Shown: in pieces, positions 29,028 through 39,609 of the stretch
Layout: each line of letters starts with the position of its first letter
How positions within the stretch are numbered: position 1 is the first letter of the stretch
Source of the DNA: Spirochaetae bacterium HGW-Spirochaetae-3
GTDB taxonomy: Bacteria > Spirochaetota > Spirochaetia > Treponematales > UBA12059
Direction of reading: 5' to 3'
NCBI GenBank assembly: GCA_002839315.1
Contig: PGXV01000005.1
Span: 155,269-219,268, forward strand
Length of the DNA: 64,000 nucleotides
Notes under the pieces: model-generated
What the model saw: only the letters and a program-made list of their open reading frames with translations
Database searches by the model: none
Told to the model about the DNA's origin: nothing
Made by a program: the position numbers and the translations under genes

Positions 29028-29819
29028 ATGACAAAAAAGTGGTACGCGATAGCAGATAATGAGAAGGCTGACACAGCTGAGATATCCATTTATGACGAAA
29101 TCGGCTTCTGGGGAACTACCTTCGTACAATTCGCTGAAGACTTTAATAAGATTAAGAATAGAAGCTCAATAAAACTGTACTTGAATAGTGTTGGTGGAAG
29201 CGTATTCGATGGTCTCGGTATATACAATCTTCTATCGTCAGTACATGACAGGCTCACCGTTGAGGTCATGGGACTGGCTGCATCCATTTCGTCAGTGATT
29301 TTCCTTGCCGGAGACATACGAATTATGGATGAAGGTACTTTCTTGATGGTTCACCTACCCTCAGTCTCTACATCCGGAGGTTCTGACGATTTGAGAAAAG
29401 ACGCTGATACCCTGGATAAGATAAAAGAGGAGATAGTTAACATTTATGTAAACCGCACAGGAATGGCACAGGATACGATTACAAAGCTCATGGAAGCAGA
29501 GACGTGGTTTACCGCAGACGAAGCGGTTAAGAACGGATTTGCCACAGTCACTAACAAGCAAGCGCAAGCCACTAATTGTTTATACAACCTTACCTCAAGA
29601 GGGTTTGTAAACGTACCTAAGAATCTAAGTCGCCCAGCAGTAACGATTGCAGATATGACTGTTCGAGACTTTGAAAAAACCTTACGCGATGTGGGGTTTT
29701 CCAAATCAGAGGCAACATTACTTGCCTCGAAGTTTGGAGCAGAGAAGATTGACGAGAGAGAGTCTCAAGGATCTTTGAGCGCAGAAGCTTACGAGCAACT
29801 AAGTAAAATATTTGAATAA
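29028..29819 (+). CDS. ClpP-type prohead protease
   Basis: IYDEIG, NSVGGSVFDG, GLAASISSVI, MVH.P, ETWFTADEAVKNGFA. Confidence 0.9.
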   Translation: MTKKWYAIADNEKADTAEISIYDEIGFWGTTFVQFAEDFNKIKNRSSIKLYLNSVGGSVFDGLGIYNLLSSVHDRLTVEVMGLAASISSVIFLAGDIRIMDEGTFLMVHLPSVSTSGGSDDLRKDADTLDKIKEEIVNIYVNRTGMAQDTITKLMEAETWFTADEAVKNGFATVTNKQAQATNCLYNLTSRGFVNVPKNLSRPAVTIADMTVRDFEKTLRDVGFSKSEATLLASKFGAEKIDERESQGSLSAEAYEQLSKIFE

Positions 29820-29833
29820 AACAGGAGATTATC

Positions 29834-30922
29834 ATGGATAACGAAAAGACTATTATTGACGAGCTTAAGGCCAAGCAGGAAGCTGGCTTCAAAAGACTCG
29901 AAGACAAGGCAGCTGAACTTCAGAAGGATGTTGACGCAGAAATTCTCGATGTAAGGCAGAAGCTCATCAACTTCTCAATCCCTGTAGCAGGGACAAACAA
30001 GTCCGAAGCGGCTCTAAGAGACTTCGGTAAGTACCTCATATCGAAAGGCGTTATTGCGCCAACAAACGTATCCTCGCCCATAGTTACAGGTGATGAGTAT
30101 GGTATTCCAGTTCTCGCAGACGGTGTTTACAAGGCTCTGAATCTCGGCTCGACTATGAGAAAGCCGATCGGCGAAGCTGCAATGTCCCGAGTACGAACCT
30201 ACAGTTCCACTACGAATGTGATAGCCAAGACCAACCCTGACGCTGCTCTCATTGCTGAAGGTGACGCATATCCCGATTATACCGACAAGGGAGCAAAGGT
30301 AACGTTTAACGCGTACAAGATCGGCTCAGTGTACGGCATTACTGAAGAGGCTAACGAGGACACTGTTCTTAACGTCATCCAGGACTTTACTGATGATGCT
30401 GCTCGCGCAGTCGCTAAGAAAGAGAATAGTTACTTCTTCGTTGGAGCAGGTACTACCGAGCCACAGGGAATCATTGTCGGCGGAACTGTTGCAGTCACCG
30501 CAGCTTCTGAAACCGCTATAACATATCAGGAGCTTGTAGATCTCGATGAGTCTCTCCCTGAAGAGTATCAAGAAGGCGCTGCGTACTTCGGTAATGCTAA
30601 AACCTTTGCCTACCTTAGAGGACTTAAAGACACCAACGGCCAGCCGCTTATTAAGGACTACATGGAGGGTCGATTCTCTACTCTTTTTGGTCGACCAATT
30701 GTTCGCGTAAGCGCAATAGACGAAATTGCTGCTGACAAGAAGGTTCTTTGCCTCGGTAACCGCTCCGGATACGGAATTGGCGATAGAGCGGGTGGTGTAC
30801 GAACGTACGTTTACCTTGATAACTCTACTGGATCAACCAAGATTCGATGGAACATTCGCACCGATGGAAAGGTGCTTGATGCCAAGGCATTCCAAATCTT
30901 AAAGATGAAGGCTGGCGCATAA
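29834..30922 (+). CDS. Major capsid protein (HK97 fold)
   Basis: N-terminal coiled delta domain, G.GTTEPQGI, LKDTNGQPL, TLFGRPI, RTDGKV. Confidence 0.9.
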   Translation: MDNEKTIIDELKAKQEAGFKRLEDKAAELQKDVDAEILDVRQKLINFSIPVAGTNKSEAALRDFGKYLISKGVIAPTNVSSPIVTGDEYGIPVLADGVYKALNLGSTMRKPIGEAAMSRVRTYSSTTNVIAKTNPDAALIAEGDAYPDYTDKGAKVTFNAYKIGSVYGITEEANEDTVLNVIQDFTDDAARAVAKKENSYFFVGAGTTEPQGIIVGGTVAVTAASETAITYQELVDLDESLPEEYQEGAAYFGNAKTFAYLRGLKDTNGQPLIKDYMEGRFSTLFGRPIVRVSAIDEIAADKKVLCLGNRSGYGIGDRAGGVRTYVYLDNSTGSTKIRWNIRTDGKVLDAKAFQILKMKAGA

Positions 30923-30928
30923 CCAATA

Positions 30929-30954
30929 ACGGGAGGGGAGAAATCTTCTCCCGT
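30929..30954 (+). terminator. Hairpin after capsid gene
   Basis: ACGGGAG..CTCCCGT stem. Confidence 0.6.
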
Positions 30955-31051
30955 AATTTAATAAACGCTCTTGAAGCGGGTTTATCGGAAGTTACCTCCT
31001 TCGTCCGATTACCCGCTTCTCTTTTCTTCCACTAATTAAAGGGAGAATAGA

Positions 31052-31585
31052 ATGGCATATGCAACAGTAACAGAGTTCAATACATACATACGAGATGATA
31101 ATCCAGACACGAGCGACGCTGCTATAGCACAGAAACAGGAATGGCTTGATGCGGCATCAGCGGATATAGATGCGTACTTAGGGTACTCAATCGAAGAAAA
31201 CGATTATGTAGAGAGTCTAAGCGGATATGGGCTTAACCATATCGGACTATCAGCTAAACCTATTACGGTAGTCACATCAGTCACCATAGACGACGTTGCG
31301 GTCTCACTCGATGAGATAACGATAGAAGGTAGCTTTATAATCTATACAGAGATATTTCCTCGTGGGAATAGAAACGTTCACGTAGAGTACACAGCGGGTT
31401 ATGCAGAAATCCCCGCCCCTATTAAGCTGGTATGTAAAACCCTTGCAGACCTATACCGAGTCGCCGCACAAAGTACTGGCGTTTCATCAGTATCCGATCC
31501 TCGATTTGGGTCGAGAACATACAGCCAAACAGACCAGAAGCGAGCACTTCGTGGAATCGATCAGTATCGATTGCTGAGGCTCTAA
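31052..31585 (+). CDS. Head-tail connector
   Basis: MAYATVTEF, AASADIDAYLG, VEYTAGY..IPAPIK; position. Confidence 0.8.
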   Translation: MAYATVTEFNTYIRDDNPDTSDAAIAQKQEWLDAASADIDAYLGYSIEENDYVESLSGYGLNHIGLSAKPITVVTSVTIDDVAVSLDEITIEGSFIIYTEIFPRGNRNVHVEYTAGYAEIPAPIKLVCKTLADLYRVAAQSTGVSSVSDPRFGSRTYSQTDQKRALRGIDQYRLLRL

Positions 31586-32053
31586 ATGTTTTCAAGATTT
31601 GACATAGACTTCAAGGCAGAGAGTGTATTACGCGCTCTTGACCTTACGAAAAAAGATATGAATAAGACAGCAAAAAAATGTATGGCAGGAGCGTTTCAAG
31701 CAGTACGTCGTGATATTCGAAAGGGATTGCGCGGTTCAGTATTAAAGAAAAGAACTGGAACCTTATATAAGAACATCACGTATAAAGCGAAAGACGACTA
31801 TAGCGGATACATTCGTATCGGTAGTCGTTATGCAAGTATGCAAGAAGAAGGGGCAACGATAATTCCTCGAAACGGGAAGTATCTACGATTTCAAATTGAC
31901 GGTACATGGGTAACGACAAGTAAAGTAATTCTGCCAGCTCGCCCGTTCTCTAAGCCAGTATTTAATTCGTATTTTTCAGGTTCTGGAAAAGCAGAAGCGA
32001 TAATGGACGCGGTGATGCAGAAGGAATTAGAGAAGATATTCTCGAAGGCATAA
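31586..32053 (+). CDS. Neck/tail-completion protein (HK97 gp10-like)
   Basis: RTGTL, YA..QEEG, LPARPF. Confidence 0.75.
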   Translation: MFSRFDIDFKAESVLRALDLTKKDMNKTAKKCMAGAFQAVRRDIRKGLRGSVLKKRTGTLYKNITYKAKDDYSGYIRIGSRYASMQEEGATIIPRNGKYLRFQIDGTWVTTSKVILPARPFSKPVFNSYFSGSGKAEAIMDAVMQKELEKIFSKA

Positions 32054-32055
32054 TA

Positions 32056-32508
32056 ATGGATTTTGAAAAAGTAGTTGATGATATTAAGACCTATATCGAG
32101 ACACAGTTTCCGATTGCACTCGCTGCTATTGAGGTTGCGAAGCCCGATATTGTCCTGGGTAAACCGGACTTATATCTGCTCGACTATCCAGACACAGGCA
32201 GGCAGCAAGCCGTTGTCTTCTTTATTTATCCAGATGAATGGGAGTTTAGCCAGGTCTCGAATGTCAGCCGTGAAATGGCAAATAGCATTCACTTGTTCAC
32301 AACGTTCAAAGGAACATCACCAGCGCTCGTTAAGAAAATTCTTAGATATATGGAAGCACTCTACTCAACACTAACTACAGATGACACGTTAGGTAATGCG
32401 GTAGAGCAAAGCGAGATATCGTCTGCTAGCTGGTATAAGGCTATTGAAGCCTCGGCAGATACGAAAGCAATAGAAGTAGTTCTTCGTGTTTCAACGCTCG
32501 TTCACTAA
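32056..32508 (+). CDS. Tail terminator-like protein
   Basis: Position and size; D.TLG..V motif. Confidence 0.6.
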   Translation: MDFEKVVDDIKTYIETQFPIALAAIEVAKPDIVLGKPDLYLLDYPDTGRQQAVVFFIYPDEWEFSQVSNVSREMANSIHLFTTFKGTSPALVKKILRYMEALYSTLTTDDTLGNAVEQSEISSASWYKAIEASADTKAIEVVLRVSTLVH

Positions 32509-32530
32509 TTAAATAATAGAGGAGACCGTT

Positions 32531-33490
32531 ATGAATGGTAATAAGGTAATAGTACAGTACGGAGTGGAAGAAACATACGGAACCGTTGGTACAGCGACGA
32601 AGCAAATAGAGATTGCGAGTGAATCGTTTAAGCTCAATCTTAACAAAAAAGAGGAAGGGCTATTAACCGGAAAGGCTGTAGGTGGTCGTGTTCGTACTGT
32701 TAGTAAGAGCATTGATGGTGGTTTTAAGACACTTGTACGTCCCGATGATATTGGTCTTTTTCTGGCCGCAGCACTTGGGGAAGAAGCGAGTGTTACTGTG
32801 GTGCCGTCATCGACAGCCGCGTATAAACATGATTTTACAATTACAGACGAAGATGTACTCCCATCTCTCTTCTTCAAGGTAAAGAGAGATTCAACTGTTG
32901 TTAAATCATATTCAGGTTTAGCGGTAGATAGTATTAACTTTGATTCATCCGCAGAAGATTATCTAAACGTAGATATAACGTTTGTTGGTAAGGATGAGGA
33001 GGATGATGACCTTGAAACAGGATTATCTAACAGCCCACTCGATACACTTAGATTCGCTGGAACTACTCTAACAGTAGGTGGTACCGCACTTGAAGTATCC
33101 TCGACTAAGTTTAGCTATTCAAACAATCACGACGCTAAGACACAGACCAATCTAACAGGCCTGTATTTCAAGCAGCCTGAAGTTGGTCAGCGAGACATAA
33201 CCGTAGAGCTTGAAGCAATATATGACTCGGTATCAAACGGAGTTCGCGATTCGTATTGGCTAACGGATAGCGATGTTGCAGTCTCTATTAAGTTTGTAAG
33301 CAGAGAAGAGGTTGAAGAGGGGTATCCGTACTCACTTACATTCACCTTGCCGCTGTGCCAAGTAACTGAAGCAACGGTTAATATTTCAGGTAAAGATAGA
33401 GTGAAGCTACCATTGAAACTCAAGCTCGTTGATGACACCGGATTCAAGGTATCACTCGTTAACGGACTTGCGACTAAGTATATCGTATAA
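32531..33490 (+). CDS. Major tail tube protein
   Basis: G.EETYGT N-terminus, LPS, beta-rich; position. Confidence 0.8.
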   Translation: MNGNKVIVQYGVEETYGTVGTATKQIEIASESFKLNLNKKEEGLLTGKAVGGRVRTVSKSIDGGFKTLVRPDDIGLFLAAALGEEASVTVVPSSTAAYKHDFTITDEDVLPSLFFKVKRDSTVVKSYSGLAVDSINFDSSAEDYLNVDITFVGKDEEDDDLETGLSNSPLDTLRFAGTTLTVGGTALEVSSTKFSYSNNHDAKTQTNLTGLYFKQPEVGQRDITVELEAIYDSVSNGVRDSYWLTDSDVAVSIKFVSREEVEEGYPYSLTFTLPLCQVTEATVNISGKDRVKLPLKLKLVDDTGFKVSLVNGLATKYIV

Positions 33491-33506
33491 ATAGGAGGAA
33501 GGAGAA

Positions 33507-33860
33507 TTGAAAGCATCTGATTTTGAGAAGCAGTATATTGTTGAATCGAAATTCGAGTTCGAAGGTACTGATGGATACATTAAGCTGCGTGAGCCTACGG
33601 AAGATGAACTGCTTGAACTTGGACAGGGTAAGGATGATGAGACAAAGATAACAAAACACATTCTTACAAAACTCGTTCCAGCATGTCTAGTTGAACATAA
33701 CTTCGAGCATGATGATGGTACGTCTCTCGGTAATGATGAAGTTGTTACGCTCTTAAAGAAATCTGGTCAAAAGATTAACAGAACTATCAAGCAATGGTTT
33801 GAGGCATTTAGCGACTCAATCGAACCGGCAGCAGAAGAGAAAGATACTAAAAAAAAGTAA
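33507..33860 (+). CDS. Tail assembly chaperone (gpG-like)
   Basis: GGAGG RBS, TTG start, IKLREPT; ends at slippery site. Confidence 0.75.
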   Translation: MKASDFEKQYIVESKFEFEGTDGYIKLREPTEDELLELGQGKDDETKITKHILTKLVPACLVEHNFEHDDGTSLGNDEVVTLLKKSGQKINRTIKQWFEAFSDSIEPAAEEKDTKKK

Positions 33861-34141
33861 AGACACAATGGGCGATAGAGCGACAAGAATTACGCGACGT
33901 CGCCCAGATTCTTTTTAGCGGCGGTCTAATCCCGTCAGACCTACAGCACACTTATAAAAAATGGCAATTCTTCTTCAAGCTCTTCTATCGAATTATAGAT
34001 TGTGAAAACGGTAATTACCTTCGTGACCCTACACAGAACCCACCATATGACCAACCAGCAAAGACGATGATGATTCTAGACACGCTTCGTGATCTTTGGC
34101 GTGAGAAATTGCAGAAAGAAAACAATGCACGAATGAATTAA
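33849..34141 (+). CDS. -1 frameshift extension (gpGT-like)
   Basis: A AAA AAG heptamer before TAA; -1 frame open VKTQWAIE...PYDQPAKTMMIL...NARMN* up to the tape measure gene. Confidence 0.75.
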
Positions 34142-34155
34142 AAACAGGAATAACC

Positions 34156-36282
34156 ATGGCAAGCGTAACCTACAAAATTAATGGAAAGGCAGATAACTCG
34201 GCAATCGATTCTGCAAAGAAAGGACTTCAGTCGTTAGGACAAGTTGCCAGTGGTGTTCAAAAAATATTTACAGGCTTCCTTGCGATAAAAGCCGTTCAGA
34301 TGGTTTCAAAAGGAATCGGCGATACCCTCTCAGCATATCAAACTCAACAGAAAGCAATATCTCAATTAACACACGCGGTATCTAACAACGCTAATCTAAC
34401 AAGTGCATCACTAAAACGAATAATCGACTATACAGGTAAACTTCAAGGCAATAGTATCTTCGGAGACGAGACGCTTCAAGGACAAGCAACGCTACTCGCG
34501 GGCATGCAGCTTACTGAAGATCAAATTAAAAACGTATTGAAAGCGGCAACTGAATTAACATCTGCCGGTATAGGAACTCTCGAAGGTAACGTTAAGAACC
34601 TCTCTAAACAATTCGGAGGAATGACCGGCGAACTTGGAGAGAGTCTACCTGCGTTAAAAAGATTCAGTAAAGAAGCGTTAATGGCTGGTGAAGGCGTTGC
34701 CTTCGTTGCCAAACAATACGCCGGATTTGCGGCGAACCTAGCTAATAACACTCTCGAAGGTAAGCAAAATAAAATAGGCAATCTGCTCAGTGACATTCAA
34801 GAGAAAATTGGCGCGTTATTTGCGATAGGTAAGATTAGTCTGTTCGATAATCTTGAGCCGTTACTGATTAAGATCAACGACTACTTAGCAACGATGCTTC
34901 CGAAGATTGCGAGTTTCTTCATTAACCTGCCGACGATGGCGTCTATTGCATTCGATACCGTTATGCAACTTGCCAAGCGGATATTTACTATTCAATTTGC
35001 ATTCGACCTGTTAAAAAATCTAGCCGGATACATTATCGATGTATTCAAGGCAACGTTCGAAACACTTTTTAATATCATCTATGCGATTTCTAATACCCTT
35101 GTTGCCCCGATTAAATATGCATTCGATTCGCTCGTCTATGGTGTACAGCTGTTATTCACAAACATGTTCAACGGCCTCATGTCGGGGGTTGAAGGCGTAG
35201 TGAACTTCATCCTGTCTGGTGTTAACAAGTTAATTGGAGCAATCAATAAAGTATCAACTTTCTTAAAACAAGGTGACATCTTATCGGAAATAAAAGATAT
35301 CAAGATTACTGCCACGTTACCAAAGCCTGTCGATTTCAGACAAGACCCAGTGAAGTCAATTGGCGATGGATGGAAAGGTGTTGGAACAAGTCTACTATCA
35401 ACGGTAAAGACAATCGGAGAATCTTATTTAACACACACGTCAGCTGTCGGTGAATCTCTTTCGCCAATGCTTGCCGAATTCGTAAACAAGATTGAAGCAT
35501 TAATAGATACATTGCCAGGTTGGGCCAAAGACATCTTTGCCCCAGCTATTGGGGAAGCGGTATCTGTTAGCCAGTCAGGATCGAGCGATGCAGGAGCATC
35601 TGCATCGAGTGGTGGTGGATTCAGCCTATTCGGTGGCGCGGATATGTCACCACTATCATTATTAATGGATGCAATCTCGCCGCTCATTGATATGTTTATG
35701 TCATTAAGCTCGTTGCAGATGATAATGGATCCGTTAATGATAGTATTTAAGGGAATATTTAGTGTACTAAGCCCTATCATAGACTCACTGCTCACACCGT
35801 TAATTGGGATATTTACGATTATCGGGCAGACAATCGGAAAAGTGTTATCGCCGCTATTAATAGCACTGACACCAATTATTGAAATTATTACGAATGGATT
35901 TATCTTCCTCTATAACTATGCAATACGACCATTAGCCAACTCTATCATCTGGGTCGTATCAACAATCTATAACATGGTAGCCAATCTCGTTAACGCTGTT
36001 GTCTCAGCGCTAAATCACATACCGTTTGTTAATATCAAATGGAAAATGGCAACAATGAGTTATGACTCGCTAAAGCTCGATGCCATTACTTCAAAAGATG
36101 TAAGTTCGGCGGGTACAACGGCCGTCGATAGTGCCGCTTCAAGTACGTCAGCGTCGTATACAGGACCTTCGACAATAAATATTTATATCAACTATACGAA
36201 TAGCTACGTTAATGGAGACGCGAGAGAAATAGCACTTAATATTAGACAAGAGATACAGACAGCCGAGGCAATGGGATACTGA
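34156..36282 (+). CDS. Tape measure protein
   Basis: 708 aa Ala/Gly/Ile-rich amphipathic repeats, FGDE motif; position. Confidence 0.88.
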   Translation: MASVTYKINGKADNSAIDSAKKGLQSLGQVASGVQKIFTGFLAIKAVQMVSKGIGDTLSAYQTQQKAISQLTHAVSNNANLTSASLKRIIDYTGKLQGNSIFGDETLQGQATLLAGMQLTEDQIKNVLKAATELTSAGIGTLEGNVKNLSKQFGGMTGELGESLPALKRFSKEALMAGEGVAFVAKQYAGFAANLANNTLEGKQNKIGNLLSDIQEKIGALFAIGKISLFDNLEPLLIKINDYLATMLPKIASFFINLPTMASIAFDTVMQLAKRIFTIQFAFDLLKNLAGYIIDVFKATFETLFNIIYAISNTLVAPIKYAFDSLVYGVQLLFTNMFNGLMSGVEGVVNFILSGVNKLIGAINKVSTFLKQGDILSEIKDIKITATLPKPVDFRQDPVKSIGDGWKGVGTSLLSTVKTIGESYLTHTSAVGESLSPMLAEFVNKIEALIDTLPGWAKDIFAPAIGEAVSVSQSGSSDAGASASSGGGFSLFGGADMSPLSLLMDAISPLIDMFMSLSSLQMIMDPLMIVFKGIFSVLSPIIDSLLTPLIGIFTIIGQTIGKVLSPLLIALTPIIEIITNGFIFLYNYAIRPLANSIIWVVSTIYNMVANLVNAVVSALNHIPFVNIKWKMATMSYDSLKLDAITSKDVSSAGTTAVDSAASSTSASYTGPSTINIYINYTNSYVNGDAREIALNIRQEIQTAEAMGY

Positions 36283-36284
36283 TA

Positions 36285-39200
36285 ATGAATATATACATAA
36301 TAAATATTGATTTTGGAACAGGATATGAACCTATCGAATTCGAGTCAGAGTCATTAGTCAAAAACGAATTTCTATATAGTGAATTACAACCTAAAGATAG
36401 TTCCGTCCAATTTAGTATTTTACCGGATACAACTTTATTTAATAAACTCCGTGGAGCTTCTTATAGCAATGTTCCTGTTCAAATACTTAAAAATAATGAG
36501 CCTTATTTTTATGGCTACATCAAAAAAGATTATACTTTTAGAAAAACTCAATCTCTAGACTCTTTAGGAGTAGAGATAGCAAGCCCTTCCTATTTTCTAA
36601 AAAAGAAGATAGGTAAGGATTTATACTATGTCAACATTACAGTTACTAATCTAATATCAACATTACTCGCTTATGCTGGTGTAACAAGCACAGTGACATT
36701 ACCTTCTATAACATCAACTATTCCGGTATTTAAAAATGCTTATGATGATGATACTACATATCATAAAGTCATAAGTGACTTACTTTTTGAGTATGGATAT
36801 GGATTTAGATTTGATAATGAGGGTAATCTATACTGCTTCGAGCTGTTTCCAACTGAAATACAATCAAGTTATATTTTTGACGGGTCAGTAAACAGGATCG
36901 AAGTAAGGCAGGAAGTTAAAGAAGAAACCTATGAAGGAGTAATAGTAAACTGGACAGGTACTAAAACACTATCAGATGTAACCATATTTAGTGATACTAC
37001 TAATGGTAATAGTATTAATACTTGTAATATAGAAATAGAACCAAATAGCTATTATGAATTTGAAGATGGTGTAACTCAATACTATGCCGAATATGACTAT
37101 ATTGATGGTGGCGCCGAATTATTAGCCGTGGAAAATGTAACTCTGGAAGTTGAAAAAGATAGTGATATCTCTACTGAATTATTTACTCCATATCCATTAA
37201 AAGCTCTGTTAAGCTTAAAGAATAATAATAGTTTACTATCAAAAAATATAACTAAGCTAAACCTAAAAGCTGAAACTGCTATAATTACAGGTGCTACAAA
37301 TGTAAGCAAGGTAATAAAGGTAAGTGATACTGAAGACTTATATACATATGATACAACATATATCCATAGCAAAGATGATGCTGATAACTTAGCTAATGGT
37401 CTAGCATGGTATTATAACTATACTGATTATACATATAAGCTAAGTTCTAAAGTTGATAAACCAATAAATAGTATTGTTACTATCAGTGAAAACGGATTAG
37501 GTGCTAACCTTTGTAGAGTAGTTTCAAAAAAATATAAAGAATATTTAGACATAATAGAATATGAGTTAGAAGCTGTTGCCGAGTATATCCCAGCAGTTGC
37601 CGAGAATACAACAACAGTTACAAGCCCTAGTCCTATATCAAAACCATTAGAGGCAATAATACCATCTATTGTATCAAGCTCCCTGTCAGGTGGAGTAATA
37701 CAAGATGCTGTCTTTGGCTCAAGCTGGACTGCTATTCCTACTGTTCCAATTCTTGGATATGTTCCTTCATTAAAAAATGTAATATTAAAATGGGATAGAC
37801 AAAATGATTTATCTAACTTTAGTGAATATCAAATTCAAGTAAGTAATGACAATACTACATGGTATGCTTTAGGCACAGATAGAACAAGTTATAAATCAGG
37901 TAATGCTGGAGATTACACAGCATTAGCAGTAGAACAGTATATACATACCTTGCCTATTGTTGAAGGTGAAATTGTTAGTTATTATTATCGTATACGACGC
38001 GCAACACGAGAAACAGTATCCGCGTGGTCAAGTGCTATATATGCTTCTACTACACTAATAGACAATGGTGATTTTAGTGCCGATGAAATCTATGCGAATA
38101 TTGTTAATGCTAGTTCTATTAGTGCTGGTATAGCCGCCGTTAATAGCTCAATATCAATAGGAACAGATGGATTTACAAGTGGTAACTATGATTCTAGGCT
38201 AGCTCCTTTGATAGGACAGAGACGACAGTATATAGATAACGATGAAATCACTATCCAAGAATTTATTCAAAATAGTGAAATCGCGCTAAATACCGGAACA
38301 TTTAGCTTTGATGCTAATACTACAAATGTTAGATCATATCAATTGATCGATGATAACACGCTAGTAACTCTTGAAAAGCCTAGTAGCACATATTTACGTT
38401 ATCAAACTAAAAAGGCAGATGGTAGCTTTAGTTCAGACTATTCATATACTTTTACATCCGCTTATATACCTGTCGCTTTTATTATCAAAAATAAAATAGC
38501 ATATGTAATTACCGTTGATATCAGTTGGTTGATGAAAGAGCTTCTAATAATTGACTTAGAAACAGGCACATTACTAAATACTATTGATTTATCTACTACT
38601 GGATACTATTACGAGCAAATAGGAAGCTATGATAATAATTGCTTTACCCTTGATATAAGTGGTAATTATCTATGGCTAGTTACAAGGAAAGGAACAGGCG
38701 GGACTGTTCAACCGCATATAATATTATTTGATTTAGATGGTAATATACTAGTTCAAGATACAATACTTGAGATAGGGCAACAATATATAAAGCTATTTCC
38801 TATTTCAGGAAATAAAGTTATAGCATTAAGTGGATACTGCCAAGTAATCGAATATGATTCTGTGAATATTGCTTTTATTAAGGGAACAACAAAATCAGTA
38901 TCCTATGCTAACTATCCTACATGCTGGACTAAATACGATGAATATACATATCTATTTTTACGGGTATACTCTGAAAGTTCTTCCATGGATAGTGAGTATG
39001 ACTACAGCGTATTAACCATAGATGGTAATGAAATAGCAGTTAGGAAAAATAGAATAAATATAGTAGAACCAGCATTAGGTTATCTATATACTAACTATCC
39101 CTATTGGACTGTAGCAAAGATAAACGACAAGATAATATCTATATGTTCCTGCACGACTCAATCATATGCTAACGTATTTGACTACGATCCAATTACATAT

Positions 39201-39608
39201 ACTGTTACTTTTGATTTTGCTAATACACTAACTAGCTATGCTGGCGCAACTCCTATGGTTCTAATCAAGTCATCATATTTTGACTTACTGAACATTACAA
39301 CTTATATAGCATATCAATATGGTTATTATGGAATATGGAATGATGATTTAGTTATAGGTAGAGGTAGTAGCCAAATAACAGCAGATACTATTACATCAGA
39401 TAGTTTAGCAACAGATACAATTACAGTTAACAATATAGGCATTGAAAGTGACAATGACTTAATCCAATTAGCAGAAAATGAAGTAACTATAAATGGTAAT
39501 ATAACTGTGAATACAGTTTCTACAAACACTTTAAGTGCTACAACTAATTTGCGAATACCAACTTCACAACCATCATCATTAACAGATGGTGATATATGGA
39601 TAGTATAA
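36285..39608 (+). CDS. Tail tip/hub plus fibre (receptor-binding) protein
   Basis: 1107 aa; FN3-like segment (LKW..YQIQVS..YYYRIR..SAWS), beta-rich C half, ends LRIPTSQPSSLTDGDIWIV; very AT-rich. Confidence 0.7.
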   Translation: MNIYIINIDFGTGYEPIEFESESLVKNEFLYSELQPKDSSVQFSILPDTTLFNKLRGASYSNVPVQILKNNEPYFYGYIKKDYTFRKTQSLDSLGVEIASPSYFLKKKIGKDLYYVNITVTNLISTLLAYAGVTSTVTLPSITSTIPVFKNAYDDDTTYHKVISDLLFEYGYGFRFDNEGNLYCFELFPTEIQSSYIFDGSVNRIEVRQEVKEETYEGVIVNWTGTKTLSDVTIFSDTTNGNSINTCNIEIEPNSYYEFEDGVTQYYAEYDYIDGGAELLAVENVTLEVEKDSDISTELFTPYPLKALLSLKNNNSLLSKNITKLNLKAETAIITGATNVSKVIKVSDTEDLYTYDTTYIHSKDDADNLANGLAWYYNYTDYTYKLSSKVDKPINSIVTISENGLGANLCRVVSKKYKEYLDIIEYELEAVAEYIPAVAENTTTVTSPSPISKPLEAIIPSIVSSSLSGGVIQDAVFGSSWTAIPTVPILGYVPSLKNVILKWDRQNDLSNFSEYQIQVSNDNTTWYALGTDRTSYKSGNAGDYTALAVEQYIHTLPIVEGEIVSYYYRIRRATRETVSAWSSAIYASTTLIDNGDFSADEIYANIVNASSISAGIAAVNSSISIGTDGFTSGNYDSRLAPLIGQRRQYIDNDEITIQEFIQNSEIALNTGTFSFDANTTNVRSYQLIDDNTLVTLEKPSSTYLRYQTKKADGSFSSDYSYTFTSAYIPVAFIIKNKIAYVITVDISWLMKELLIIDLETGTLLNTIDLSTTGYYYEQIGSYDNNCFTLDISGNYLWLVTRKGTGGTVQPHIILFDLDGNILVQDTILEIGQQYIKLFPISGNKVIALSGYCQVIEYDSVNIAFIKGTTKSVSYANYPTCWTKYDEYTYLFLRVYSESSSMDSEYDYSVLTIDGNEIAVRKNRINIVEPALGYLYTNYPYWTVAKINDKIISICSCTTQSYANVFDYDPITYTVTFDFANTLTSYAGATPMVLIKSSYFDLLNITTYIAYQYGYYGIWNDDLVIGRGSSQITADTITSDSLATDTITVNNIGIESDNDLIQLAENEVTINGNITVNTVSTNTLSATTNLRIPTSQPSSLTDGDIWIV

Positions 39609-39609
39609 T

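Noticed and set aside
29551..29558. ACTAATTG inside the protease gene
   Set aside because: Far from any start codon; may be chance, so not counted among junction boxes
20246..32511. ACTAATTA copies as a CRISPR array or integron attC sites
   Set aside because: Only 8 bp, irregular gene-scale spacing, no cas genes or integron integrase
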